Sequence record: NC_061445.1
DNA: 64,000 bases
Reading direction: 5' to 3' (one strand)
The stretch's first letter is position 1. Each line of letters begins with the position of its first letter. The position numbers were made by a program, and so were the translations under genes. Below are positions 26,030 through 35,568 of the stretch, piece after piece. Below the pieces are notes generated by a model. The model saw nothing but the letters and a program-made list of their open reading frames with translations. It was not told the DNA's origin and did not search any database.

Positions 26030-27793
26030 TTAGAACGCCTTACGCTCAACATTTGAATAAAGTGTATCGTAAGGTTCAGAGTACAGTTCAGGTCCGCGTT
26101 GTGCGCGAATCGTCACGTAACCTGTATGACGGTTAAACGCTGTGATTTCGACTGTAGGCTGTTTAGGCTTGATAGTCGCATAAATCGGAGCATTCAGTGT
26201 AGGCTCGTCTGTCTGAATCTTATTTACAGATTGCAGAGCAGCACCCGAAACAGTCGGCAGATTGAAACGCAGTTCAGCACGTTTCTGACCGAACGCAGCG
26301 CGAATCATACCACGCTCCATCTCTACGCCATTCTGTTTGAGGTATGCAGCAATGCGACGAGCAATACCGGTCAACTGGTCACGAGTACGAGGGTCGAATG
26401 TACCTTCGAAACTGATTGCTTCCGGCGGCTGACGCACGGACAGATGCAGACCAGTGTTGAAGTAACCCTCAGTCAGAAGACGCAGCACTTCTTTTACGAC
26501 TTCTTGCGTGTTTGGTTTGATTGCAGCGATGCGCAGCTCAGGCACATCTACTTTGACCGGGTCGCGCAGCTCAGTTTGGTTATCCATGTAACCGAGAGAC
26601 ACATGCTTTGCGTTTGCATACGTGTGCTGCAATACGCCAGTAGCACGAATCAGGACAGAGCCGCCTTTAGCAATGTCGTAGAGTTCGTCGCTAGTGGTTG
26701 TGCTGAACAGGTAGTAGTCTGTAGGCACTGCCATGCGATTAACCGCTTCGACTGCTTTGGTCTGTACTTCTTTTACAGTTTTACCGAAGACTATACGACT
26801 ACGGTTAGGCTGAGAAGCAGACACAGGGAAGAATGCGCCGTAAACAACTTCGACGTTCTTCTTGATAGGACGCTCAGATGGAACCTTAGTGCCACCAGAC
26901 AGAGGAGGCAGCTTCACGCCCACCAGCTTGCCTTTGACGATAGCTTTGTTTTCTTTGACAGGCTTGAGGCCGTCAATCACTTTCGCCAGATCAGCACCGC
27001 TAAGAATCTTCTCCAGCGGAACAGCGAGGTTCTGCGGCAAATAGTGTTTCTTGCGATACGAGTAGATTACGGTGTCTTTCTTGATCTGAATAGGCGTTGC
27101 CATATTGCGACCAATAACACCGACCGGCTGGAACGTGTTTGCTTTGTCGTCAGCGATTGTGCCATAAGCCTTCGTGAACTCAGTCTGGCCGATGATGTTC
27201 GCAGCACGTAAGTGACCACGAATGATAAACACAATCTTCGGTTCGTCTTTCAGGCGCAGCTCGTAGCGGTCACGGTTCAGGTAAACCATGCTGTACTTGT
27301 CGCCTTTCTCCAGTTCGAGATCGTACTCATCGTTAGCGTCATCGACAACGACTTTCTTACCCTGATACGTAGAGTAGGTGCGAGCGCCCGCAGACTCAGA
27401 AGCAATCTCCAGTGCCTTGCCCGTATTAGACAGCGCAACTGCGAAGTCCATAACGGCGGGCATCAGGTCGAACGAAGATGCTACTGCATACGGTTTGCGT
27501 TTCGGACCGAGCTGAACGTGTACGGCACTGCTGCTGGACATGAACACGGTATTGCCTGTGTCTTCATGAGTACCAGCGAAGTGCATACCGCTAATGCGCT
27601 CGATGATGTTCGCGTTGAGTGAAGGGAATGCAATATCGCTACCGGCAGTGAAGTCATAAATTTCACCGTTGCGCCATGCGTATGCGACATTGTTCGAACT
27701 AAGACCTACAAACGCATCACCCAGCTGGCGAATCGTCAGCGGCATAATGCTTAGGTCACGAATGACTCTGTGTTGCTTTTGAATGAGGTTCAT
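26030..27793 (-). CDS. Hypothetical, probably internal-head protein with an SH3-like paralogous domain (587 aa)
   Basis: Long ORF; internal ASES followed by TYSTYQG...LEKGDKY...RYELRL...IVF. Confidence 0.75.
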   Translation of the reverse strand: MNLIQKQHRVIRDLSIMPLTIRQLGDAFVGLSSNNVAYAWRNGEIYDFTAGSDIAFPSLNANIIERISGMHFAGTHEDTGNTVFMSSSSAVHVQLGPKRKPYAVASSFDLMPAVMDFAVALSNTGKALEIASESAGARTYSTYQGKKVVVDDANDEYDLELEKGDKYSMVYLNRDRYELRLKDEPKIVFIIRGHLRAANIIGQTEFTKAYGTIADDKANTFQPVGVIGRNMATPIQIKKDTVIYSYRKKHYLPQNLAVPLEKILSGADLAKVIDGLKPVKENKAIVKGKLVGVKLPPLSGGTKVPSERPIKKNVEVVYGAFFPVSASQPNRSRIVFGKTVKEVQTKAVEAVNRMAVPTDYYLFSTTTSDELYDIAKGGSVLIRATGVLQHTYANAKHVSLGYMDNQTELRDPVKVDVPELRIAAIKPNTQEVVKEVLRLLTEGYFNTGLHLSVRQPPEAISFEGTFDPRTRDQLTGIARRIAAYLKQNGVEMERGMIRAAFGQKRAELRFNLPTVSGAALQSVNKIQTDEPTLNAPIYATIKPKQPTVEITAFNRHTGYVTIRAQRGPELYSEPYDTLYSNVERKAF

Positions 27794-27801
27794 ATAAATC
27801 C

Positions 27802-28236
27802 CTAATACGAAACGAGGCGGAATGCGTTCTGCTTGAGCAGGTTGAGATTACCGAGCATCAGGCTATAAGCCATAGTGCCGTATTGCTCGATCAGACTATC
27901 AGGCACAATAGACCCGAAGTAAAGAGCTTTATCTGGTCGAGTGTTAATCTCTTCCCCTACGGACTTCGCCTCATTTGGTACGACGAAGCACCATGGTTCA
28001 GCAACGTATTTACCCTTTACGTACTGAATCCTATAACCAACAGCGATGTGCTGGCCTTTGGTAGGACGGTACGAGAAAACATCCGTGTTCTGGTTGCGTG
28101 ACTTGCGCACAGCAAACAATGCCATAGTGAGAAAGCGCTGTTCAAACTGCGGGATGAACGCGTTGTCTTCGCAAATCTTTTTCAGTACCGCCTCTTGTCG
28201 CGCTTTTGGTAGCGACGAGTAGAGGTTTAAGTTCAT
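27802..28236 (-). CDS. Hypothetical protein (144 aa)
   Basis: ORF coupled to tmk by an ATGA overlap. Confidence 0.7.
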   Translation of the reverse strand: MNLNLYSSLPKARQEAVLKKICEDNAFIPQFEQRFLTMALFAVRKSRNQNTDVFSYRPTKGQHIAVGYRIQYVKGKYVAEPWCFVVPNEAKSVGEEINTRPDKALYFGSIVPDSLIEQYGTMAYSLMLGNLNLLKQNAFRLVSY

Positions 28237-28838
28237 GGCAGTCGCGCGAGAATTTGACGAACAACATCAGATACCGAATTAACCTCAGTATCAATAACCA
28301 AATCAAAGCCGCCAGGGACTTCGAGATAGCGTTGATTGTATTGCTCAAACACTTCTTTGGTCTGACGCTTTTCAATGCGGTCTTCACCGCCGATGCGCAG
28401 CTTGCGGCGTTCGACAGACGTTTCATACGTACAGGTCAACAGCACGGTCAAACGCTTCTCAGGAGCGAGTGCTTCCCAAGTGTGGCGATAGATGTGCGCG
28501 TTGATTTCAGACTCACCGGCCTGATAAACGTAAGTCGATGGATAGCCGCGATCAGAAATGATGATAGTGTCTGGCTCATCTGCGAGAATGCGGTCATAAG
28601 CATTCATCGTGGAAGAACGCGCTGCGAGGAACAGCATCAGCTCGGTGCGCGGGTCCATACCTTCGTTGAGACTGTTATCATTAGACAACAGAACATCACG
28701 GATATGCTCGGCAAGAGGTGTGCCGCCCGGCTCGCGCAATCGCAGAACTTTGTGCCCACGTTGAGACAGAATTTCTGACAGAGCATTACAGACGGTTGAT
28801 TTACCGCCACCTTCAGGGCCTTCGATTAAGAGGTTCAT
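28233..28838 (-). CDS. tmk: Thymidylate (dTMP) kinase
   Basis: P-loop IEGPEGGGKST, REPGGT, ELMLFLAAR and ISDRG motifs. Confidence 0.92.
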   Translation of the reverse strand: MNLLIEGPEGGGKSTVCNALSEILSQRGHKVLRLREPGGTPLAEHIRDVLLSNDNSLNEGMDPRTELMLFLAARSSTMNAYDRILADEPDTIIISDRGYPSTYVYQAGESEINAHIYRHTWEALAPEKRLTVLLTCTYETSVERRKLRIGGEDRIEKRQTKEVFEQYNQRYLEVPGGFDLVIDTEVNSVSDVVRQILARLP

Positions 28839-28847
28839 AGTGATTCC

Positions 28848-29339
28848 TTAGGCGAATCGCCCACCTCGCCATGCGGCTTTGATGAGCAATTTTGCCACGA
28901 TTTCGTTCTTCATTGTCTTTCGCTTGGCGTTGCTTTTGACAGATGCAGAGCCGAACTTATTCACGACAATCAGACCACAACCGAGTTCTTTAATTCGGGC
29001 TATGATGCGTTCACCGTGCGATTCAAACAGGCGCTCGTCAATGATGAAGTACATGCGCATACAGAAAGGCAAATACTTATGCCACTTCTTATCGGTATTG
29101 AAGTCTGCCCAGCAACTCTTTACCTCAGTGATAATCATATCGCATTTGGTATTCAGGCAGAACACGTCAGCCCGTAAGTTACCGTGCTTAATCAGTCCGA
29201 GTTCGACGTGGCACGAATAGCGTTTGTCAATCCAGTAGCGTTGTGCAGCTTCGGTAAGAAAGGCCGTCTTATCAGGACGGCTCATTGACTTGAAAACGGC
29301 GGTTCGAACAGGTTCAGCTTTGCGCCTACTATAAGCCAT
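28848..29339 (-). CDS. MmcB-like PD-(D/E)xK nuclease family protein (163 aa)
   Basis: RADVF...IITEVKSCWADF.TD.KW..Y...C..MYF pattern. Confidence 0.75.
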   Translation of the reverse strand: MAYSRRKAEPVRTAVFKSMSRPDKTAFLTEAAQRYWIDKRYSCHVELGLIKHGNLRADVFCLNTKCDMIITEVKSCWADFNTDKKWHKYLPFCMRMYFIIDERLFESHGERIIARIKELGCGLIVVNKFGSASVKSNAKRKTMKNEIVAKLLIKAAWRGGRFA

Positions 29340-29787
29340 ACGAGTCGATAATGTCCAGGGCTTGCTCTACGATAGGTCGAAGTTTCTTATCGACTTTGCG
29401 CAGTGCTTTATCCGCTTTGAACCACTTGCGTTCACGCGTCATGGCTTCGTCGTACTCGGTCAGCATAGTCTTGACCTTCATGACGTACCATTCAACGTGT
29501 TGCTCGCGGCCGGTCTTGCCTTTAACATACTTCATGATATCCACGAAGTCTTTCGGCTTACCGAGAACACCAGCTTCTTCCATAGCTTCTTTCAGCGCAC
29601 TGTCAAGTGCAGTCATTCCCTTCTCAACGCCGCCTTTGGGTAGTCCCCAGTTTCCGGCGTGAGTTGTGCGAATCAGCAGAATCTCTACTGAACCGTCACG
29701 TTTCTTTCTGTATGGGATAACGCCTGACTGCTTGCGAGGTTTCTTCTCGCTAGGCAGCTTGGCGGACAATGACACTTTGATCATCAT
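29329..29787 (-). CDS. NUDIX hydrolase (152 aa)
   Basis: Nudix box WGLPKGGVEKGMTALDSALKEAMEEAG. Confidence 0.92.
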   Translation of the reverse strand: MMIKVSLSAKLPSEKKPRKQSGVIPYRKKRDGSVEILLIRTTHAGNWGLPKGGVEKGMTALDSALKEAMEEAGVLGKPKDFVDIMKYVKGKTGREQHVEWYVMKVKTMLTEYDEAMTRERKWFKADKALRKVDKKLRPIVEQALDIIDSYGL

Positions 29788-30287
29788 AATGGTTCGAGTC
29801 CCCGTGGCAGATCAACATCCCATGAACCGGCATTGTCTTTCCACAGGCCTTCATTCTGCAACACTTGGTACGCTTCGTACAGTGTCGCGCGTGACAGCAC
29901 GGAAAGTTCGTTAATGCCAGCAGCGCCCAGATCGTAGCAGTAGCTACAGCCGGGGAAGTATTGACGACGAGCAGCCTCATACGTGTCAAACACGATGCGA
30001 CCTTCTTCGTCTGCTACAACTGCATGAGATGCCATGACGCCTTGACCCAGAACCACAATCTGATAGTTAGGGTGTTTGTTGTAGACACGTTGGATAAAGT
30101 AAGCAGCATCTGCAAACGGACGTGCCACCTGTGCGGCGCGATGACAGTTTTGCTCGACGGCGGATTCTGCGAGAGCGCGAGCGCCAGTCAAGTTCATAGC
30201 TGAGGCAAAGATAAGTGTGGTGAGCGCATGTGGCTCTACAGCAGTGGGGAAGAACTTCGTGCCCCACGCTTGTGATAACGAAAGCAT
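29784..30287 (-). CDS. Hypothetical protein (167 aa)
   Basis: AGGAG RBS; ATGA coupling to NUDIX. Confidence 0.7.
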   Translation of the reverse strand: MLSLSQAWGTKFFPTAVEPHALTTLIFASAMNLTGARALAESAVEQNCHRAAQVARPFADAAYFIQRVYNKHPNYQIVVLGQGVMASHAVVADEEGRIVFDTYEAARRQYFPGCSYCYDLGAAGINELSVLSRATLYEAYQVLQNEGLWKDNAGSWDVDLPRGLEPL

Positions 30288-30316
30288 GGACGTCTCCTTA
30301 TACGATAGTCTCAGCT

Positions 30317-30324
30317 AAATTAGC
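30317..30324 (-). promoter_or_regulatory. Putative late-promoter motif GCTAATTT
   Basis: Copy in the short gap between the 96 aa and 167 aa genes. Confidence 0.5.
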
Positions 30325-30325
30325 G

Positions 30326-30616
30326 TCAGTCGCGCGGACAGTTAAGGACTTGCTTGCGATTCTGCATAAAGTCGCGTGGCGCTGGCCCAGAGATAACGAC
30401 AGCATGTTTGACACGATGCTTGGTCGGCTTCTTAGACACATTGCAGCCAGCGTGTGACAGTGCATCGAACGCACGGTCAGTAGCAGGACCTGAAATAACA
30501 AGCGTATGAGCGAAGAAGGGTTTACCAACCTTCTTCATCGTTCTGCCCATCAGTTCGTAAATGCGTTGTGCTTCTTCCGTAGACGGCACAGTGCCGCACC
30601 AGATATCGAACGTCAT
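30326..30616 (-). CDS. Hypothetical protein (96 aa)
   Basis: GGAG RBS; ATGA coupling. Confidence 0.65.
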   Translation of the reverse strand: MTFDIWCGTVPSTEEAQRIYELMGRTMKKVGKPFFAHTLVISGPATDRAFDALSHAGCNVSKKPTKHRVKHAVVISGPAPRDFMQNRKQVLNCPRD

Positions 30617-31338
30617 TTCGTGTTCTCCTTGATCATAAGGAGACCATTGAAAATACCGAACTTATCAGTGAAATCGCCGAGGACGTTATGGAGAGAACCA
30701 CTATCACCAGGAGCACCGTAAGGATTAAAACCTGTGATGTTGATTTGCAGATGCGATGAACTGACGGTATCGCGTCCCTTTTCCGATAAGAAAATGGTAT
30801 TGCCAGAAAAACGCTGCTTATCAGTAATGAGCACACCCATGTTAGACCACGTACGGGAAGAGGTTTCCAGCACAAAGACAGACGCTTCGAAAAACTCTCG
30901 TCCCAGCTCGGGCTTGATGTCCTCAATGTACTGAGCATCTTCATGGTCAGCAACAACAACGTCCAGCGTAATGAAATCAATCGCATCGCGGCGGTTGCGC
31001 AACCAGACTTGCATACAGCGCTCAAAGTAGTCAGCCAGCGCACAGCAAATGCAGCTATAGTTCGACGGGTCTTTCTTGGCGCGTGGTATGGCTGTAACGC
31101 TGCGTTCATTGAATTTCCAGCTAATGTGATCAGTTACAAGGGCACCGCTCTGCATCTCAACGTCTTCATCATTAATGAAGAACAGGTTGGTGCGTTGCAT
31201 AGCAATGTTGGACATGACGTGGAGAGCACTGCCCTGTAAGCCCAGCGGATGCTGAATCATAACACGGGCAGTAACCACGCGCGGTACGCCACCATCAAGA
31301 TATGCGAAGTTCATGGTGCGATGTAATACAGTGCGCAT
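30613..31338 (-). CDS. Hypothetical protein (241 aa)
   Basis: Long ORF with an AAGGA RBS. Confidence 0.7.
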   Translation of the reverse strand: MRTVLHRTMNFAYLDGGVPRVVTARVMIQHPLGLQGSALHVMSNIAMQRTNLFFINDEDVEMQSGALVTDHISWKFNERSVTAIPRAKKDPSNYSCICCALADYFERCMQVWLRNRRDAIDFITLDVVVADHEDAQYIEDIKPELGREFFEASVFVLETSSRTWSNMGVLITDKQRFSGNTIFLSEKGRDTVSSSHLQINITGFNPYGAPGDSGSLHNVLGDFTDKFGIFNGLLMIKENTK

Positions 31339-31348
31339 GATGCGTCCT

Positions 31349-32137
31349 TTAGTTCAGGTTGATTGTCTGTCCATTTACAGTTACTTCCTGACCCGCTTCA
31401 ATGCTCACAGCACCTTTGACGTCCAGCACGTCATCGCCCTTAATTCTGGTAACACGACTGCCACCAATCTCAACAGTCTGATTGCCAACGATCTTGGTGT
31501 ACTGATTGCCGGCATCGTTTTTAGGCGTACCCTTAAACTTGATACGCTTCTTAGGGTCAGGTTTGAGAGACTTGGGAGTCATCGTCGGGTCATTCAGAAT
31601 GTAGTCAGGGATATCATTCTTCGAACCTGTAATGATCAACTGCTGGTTGCCAACAATCGTCTGGTTAACATCACCCATGATTGTCATGTTGAAGTCACCG
31701 CTAGTCACGAGGAAGTGCTCGTTAGTCAGGCGGTCGATAATCAACTGCGTACCGGTAGACAGACGAACGCCCACACGATGTGGGTAGTTCACCTGAAACT
31801 CAGGCAGCATATCAGCTTGCGTCATGCGCACGTCAGTAGAGTAGATACCTTCATGCAACTGACCGGTAGGGAATTTGACACTGACTTTACCGCCACGCGT
31901 AGGCACGAACTGCGCACCGAACACTGTTCCCTGACTGCCTCCCTTGAGACCTTCGAGATGACCAACAGCAGGACGAATCCACGGAATAGATTCATCAGGG
32001 ATATCGTCAGTTAGTCCCATGATACGCGCACGAATCTGACAGATTTTCTGAGGATCGTTGTTGTCAATAACGATTGCCTCATACGTCATCTGAGGGTCAA
32101 TGCCCTTCTTCGCGTTTACTTTGTTGAGTGGAATCAT
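31349..32137 (-). CDS. Baseplate central spike, gp5/VgrG C-terminal-like (OB fold + beta-helix; 262 aa)
   Basis: YEAIVIDNNDPQKICQIRARIMGL...IPW OB motif; TIVGNQ/IKGDD beta-helix repeats. Confidence 0.85.
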   Translation of the reverse strand: MIPLNKVNAKKGIDPQMTYEAIVIDNNDPQKICQIRARIMGLTDDIPDESIPWIRPAVGHLEGLKGGSQGTVFGAQFVPTRGGKVSVKFPTGQLHEGIYSTDVRMTQADMLPEFQVNYPHRVGVRLSTGTQLIIDRLTNEHFLVTSGDFNMTIMGDVNQTIVGNQQLIITGSKNDIPDYILNDPTMTPKSLKPDPKKRIKFKGTPKNDAGNQYTKIVGNQTVEIGGSRVTRIKGDDVLDVKGAVSIEAGQEVTVNGQTINLN

Positions 32138-34029
32138 TTATTCACCCGTGGTAAATACATTTCGAGTTTCTCGCCGTCTGGTGTACCGTGAGTGCCAGAG
32201 CCGTCAACAGTGCCGTCACCAAGAGAGCACAGGAAGTTACGCAAGTTCTCTTCCTGCTGGCGAATAAGCTGCGCAAGGTTCGTGCTTGGGCCGAGTAGCT
32301 TGCTGATAGAGAACGCATCGAGACACTTATCAGGCAGTGCGTCGTCGAGCATACGGTTCATATCTTCCAGTTTGTTACTGACGCAACGCTGGTTGATTTG
32401 AGGACCGTCGAGATACTCAGCAGGGATATCACCGTTAGCGATGAGACCGTTCACGTCATTCGTGAATCCACCGAGCATGTTCTCCATAGCGTCAATGCGC
32501 GATGCAAGAGAACCGAGTATGCTGCCCTTGTAGTTGATTGCCAGATTGACGCTCAACTTCTCCAGACTGTTCAACGCGTTACAGATACCTGTCAGGTACT
32601 TGGCCATGTTGAACTCTTGCATCAAGCTATTCAGGTAGTCAGCACCTTCACCGTACTTAGCAGCAAGCTCAGGGAACTTAAACATCTCACTGTCAGTCTG
32701 GAATTGGTCGAGCATAACGTCCAACTGCAATGAGTGTTGCTGCGAAATCCAGTCGATAGGGTTCGAGCCGTCAAGCGCCTGTTTGATGTTCGAGTTAATC
32801 TGGAACGGACGCAGGACAGATGCCACTGTAGCAAGAGGCGTCTGAATGATGTTCGAGCCACCACCAATGTTCGATGTACCTTCTACCGGCGTGAAGTTAC
32901 GACTCAACAGGAACGCTTCGCTGTACATGCCACCGAAGAATACGCGAGTACGCCCGATAACAACCCACTTGCCTGAGACTTTGATATCAGTCTCTACTTG
33001 ACGCTGACCGTTAATCACACCAGCAGCAACGTCAACAACGTCGAACAAGTCAACGTCTGGGCAGCCGCCTAAGATCAGAGCACGAGCAGTCTCGGTGTAC
33101 GTCATCGACTGACGACGATTCGAGTAATACGCCTGCATGTACTTGTCGTGGATGTTGATATCGTTCGACGGGAACGCATAGGCTTTACGTGCACCAGCAA
33201 TGTCGCCACGAACGTCACTGTTAATGTTCAGCGGGTCACGTCCCTTGACAGACACAGAGGCAAGCTCATTCGTCTTACCACTTGAGTCAGTCCACAACAG
33301 CTTCTCACCGTAGTTGGACATACCGTTGAAGATGCCACTCATCGACTTCGGCCGGAACTCATGCACGTTGTAGATTGGGCTATCGCCAGTTGGCTTATGG
33401 TTATACAGCCAGTACGCTTTCGGGTCTTCGTCAAAGAGTTTGTTGAGGTCACGCACTACCATGCGCTTATCAGCAGTGATGAACATCTTCGGCAAGGCTT
33501 CTTCGGAGATCCACATGTGCTGTTCGATCTCATGCGCAAACTTCTTAGGAGAGCACGTTGCAGATACCCAGTTCATGATATCTGAGGTCTGTATGTCACC
33601 GAAGTCAGGCGTCAGACCACCGAACGATGCAACCTGTTTGAGAGCGTCGATAGAAGTACCGCGAATGCTAAAGCTACGCGTGTCGAAGATGAATGTAGGC
33701 GCGTCGAGAATACACAGCACGTTAAGCATAGGCGTGTTGCCCTCTGTATATTCGCGCACAGCAAACACAGAGAACGTCAGAGTCGATGCAGACTCCGCAT
33801 CAGGGCCCATCACCATAGTTACTTTCGTGCCGTCTACAATCGCATGGGATGATCGTAATACGTTCGTCTGGTCAGAGAGTATGAGCAGAGCGCAGGGTAT
33901 AGCGAATGTGTTTTCGTACACATGGACGGAACGAATAAGGTTTGGCATAGACGGCGGTGCTTTGCCGTCTAACAGAAGACCAAAGTAACCTTGGTCCTTT
34001 ACGCCACCAGCAGATGCTTGGTCAGACAT
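32134..34029 (-). CDS. Baseplate hub protein, gp27/VgrG N-terminal-like (631 aa)
   Basis: Directly precedes the spike; SVHVYEN.F.IP.A.L.LSD and SGKWVVIG pattern. Confidence 0.7.
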   Translation of the reverse strand: MSDQASAGGVKDQGYFGLLLDGKAPPSMPNLIRSVHVYENTFAIPCALLILSDQTNVLRSSHAIVDGTKVTMVMGPDAESASTLTFSVFAVREYTEGNTPMLNVLCILDAPTFIFDTRSFSIRGTSIDALKQVASFGGLTPDFGDIQTSDIMNWVSATCSPKKFAHEIEQHMWISEEALPKMFITADKRMVVRDLNKLFDEDPKAYWLYNHKPTGDSPIYNVHEFRPKSMSGIFNGMSNYGEKLLWTDSSGKTNELASVSVKGRDPLNINSDVRGDIAGARKAYAFPSNDINIHDKYMQAYYSNRRQSMTYTETARALILGGCPDVDLFDVVDVAAGVINGQRQVETDIKVSGKWVVIGRTRVFFGGMYSEAFLLSRNFTPVEGTSNIGGGSNIIQTPLATVASVLRPFQINSNIKQALDGSNPIDWISQQHSLQLDVMLDQFQTDSEMFKFPELAAKYGEGADYLNSLMQEFNMAKYLTGICNALNSLEKLSVNLAINYKGSILGSLASRIDAMENMLGGFTNDVNGLIANGDIPAEYLDGPQINQRCVSNKLEDMNRMLDDALPDKCLDAFSISKLLGPSTNLAQLIRQQEENLRNFLCSLGDGTVDGSGTHGTPDGEKLEMYLPRVNK

Positions 34030-34031
34030 GA

Positions 34032-34472
34032 TTAGCCCTCAGCATCAAGCTCAATCGCAATGGCTTTCAGTTTGGCAGCAAGGAGTTTGATATCAGCAGA
34101 CTTCGCTTGCATATTGAAGCCACCGCGACCAGGCTTGATTTCAGAATCTTTTTGAGTGTTGTACCACTTACGCACTTCAACGACACGGTTACCGGCATCA
34201 TCGTTCGCCAGATCCACAGACAGGAAACTATGCGGACCTATTTGGATGCGAAAGGTTTCAGGCTCAGAGGTTTCTTTGCGTGTCTTCTTTTTCTTTTCAG
34301 AAGACTCAGCTTTCATCTCTGACTTATCTTTCTTCTTTGCCTTCTTCTCTTTCGGGCGCTTGAGTTCAGCCTCGCGTTCACTAAGAGGCTTATCGTGCTT
34401 CCTCTTTTTCTCAACGCTGTCTTTAATCTTCTTCGCTTTAGCGCCTACGATTTTGCCGTTAACCATTGCCAT
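34032..34472 (-). CDS. Lys-rich protein with a C-terminal PC4/Sub1-like ssDNA-binding domain (146 aa)
   Basis: VVEVRKWY...IKPGRGGFNM matches the PC4 V(D/E)IR.(W/Y)Y...P.K.G pattern. Confidence 0.65.
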   Translation of the reverse strand: MAMVNGKIVGAKAKKIKDSVEKKRKHDKPLSEREAELKRPKEKKAKKKDKSEMKAESSEKKKKTRKETSEPETFRIQIGPHSFLSVDLANDDAGNRVVEVRKWYNTQKDSEIKPGRGGFNMQAKSADIKLLAAKLKAIAIELDAEG

Positions 34473-34765
34473 TATATTTGCGTCCTCTTCACTTGTTTGA
34501 TTGCTTGGCTCGGACGCTTTTCTGGGATTGCTACCTGCATACCAGCGACCATCTCAGATGGATGGACAAGCGAGTTAGCAATAAGCAGCATCACCCAGTT
34601 AGCGTTCGTGCCATAGTTGATGTGCGACAAGAGTTGAGGGTTCCCTTCCATAGAAGCATCGATGCGTTTCGGAGGTCCGTACAGAGCCTCGTCAACATCG
34701 TTGAACACTTTCATGGTGAGCGGGTCAATCCCCCACTTGTCGATTACTGCGATTGTTTCAGCCAT
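34472..34765 (-). CDS. Baseplate LysM-like/gp53-like protein (97 aa)
   Basis: SHINYGT...W..LLIAN.L..P.E...G..V.IP pattern. Confidence 0.7.
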   Translation of the reverse strand: MAETIAVIDKWGIDPLTMKVFNDVDEALYGPPKRIDASMEGNPQLLSHINYGTNANWVMLLIANSLVHPSEMVAGMQVAIPEKRPSQAIKQVKRTQI

Positions 34766-35556
34766 TTCTTCAAGTCCTCACGCGTTACAGCAAAGTAACT
34801 ACTGACCTGCAGGATGAAGTCTACGCTGATAGGGTTACCAGTTCCATCTTCCCACACGTTGTCGAAGTTAGCACTCACGCTATCAATGACGCACGGACTC
34901 ATTGAGAAGAAATTACCAATATCAACGAAGAACGCTTCACTGTCCTCAAGCACGTTACCGATAGCAGCGTTGGCGGCATCAGCACCTTGACCGGAGGCGG
35001 CGAGTGTTAGCGTTTCCATACTAACAGACTTCAATGGGCTTGGGCCCGGCGGTAACAGAAGGCCACCCTTCTCAGACGGCGCACACAGTGAAAGCAGGTT
35101 AATCGTTGTATCAACGACTTCGCTTTTCGTATCAGAGTATGCGTCAACGAAGATAGGCAGATCGATAGAGAGATAACTAGGACCTCCCCATACGCGAGCA
35201 CTTGCCAACTTGTGCATCGAACTAGCGCCAGCGAATCGCAGCGCTTTGTCCATCATACCCGCGTTGTTACCAATGAACGAACCCACAGCACCAGCAGTAC
35301 CACCAACACCCGCAAGAGCGTTACCGCCCTTTTCAGCAAAATCAGCGAGTGATGTGTTGGCAAATGGTGCGTCCCATTGAGATGCGAGACTGAACGTGAA
35401 GTCAGGTGGAATGAAACCTGTAAATTTGATTGTGCCACTCTTGTTGTATATCTTCACGCGGTACATGTTATCGACAGAGATAATGTCGTCACGCGACCGC
35501 ATGTTCGATATAGAAGTGGCTTGCCCACCATCGGCGGGCATCAGGTAGTTAGCCAC
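34744..35556 (-). CDS. Baseplate/tube-initiator-like protein (gp48/gp54-like; 270 aa)
   Basis: Position after the tape measure; W.GP.YL...LP and CVI.SVSANF..PISVDF.L pattern. Confidence 0.55.
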   Translation of the reverse strand: MANYLMPADGGQATSISNMRSRDDIISVDNMYRVKIYNKSGTIKFTGFIPPDFTFSLASQWDAPFANTSLADFAEKGGNALAGVGGTAGAVGSFIGNNAGMMDKALRFAGASSMHKLASARVWGGPSYLSIDLPIFVDAYSDTKSEVVDTTINLLSLCAPSEKGGLLLPPGPSPLKSVSMETLTLAASGQGADAANAAIGNVLEDSEAFFVDIGNFFSMSPCVIDSVSANFDNVWEDGTGNPISVDFILQVSSYFAVTREDLKKWLKQSQ

Positions 35557-35568
35557 ACAAACTCCTTA

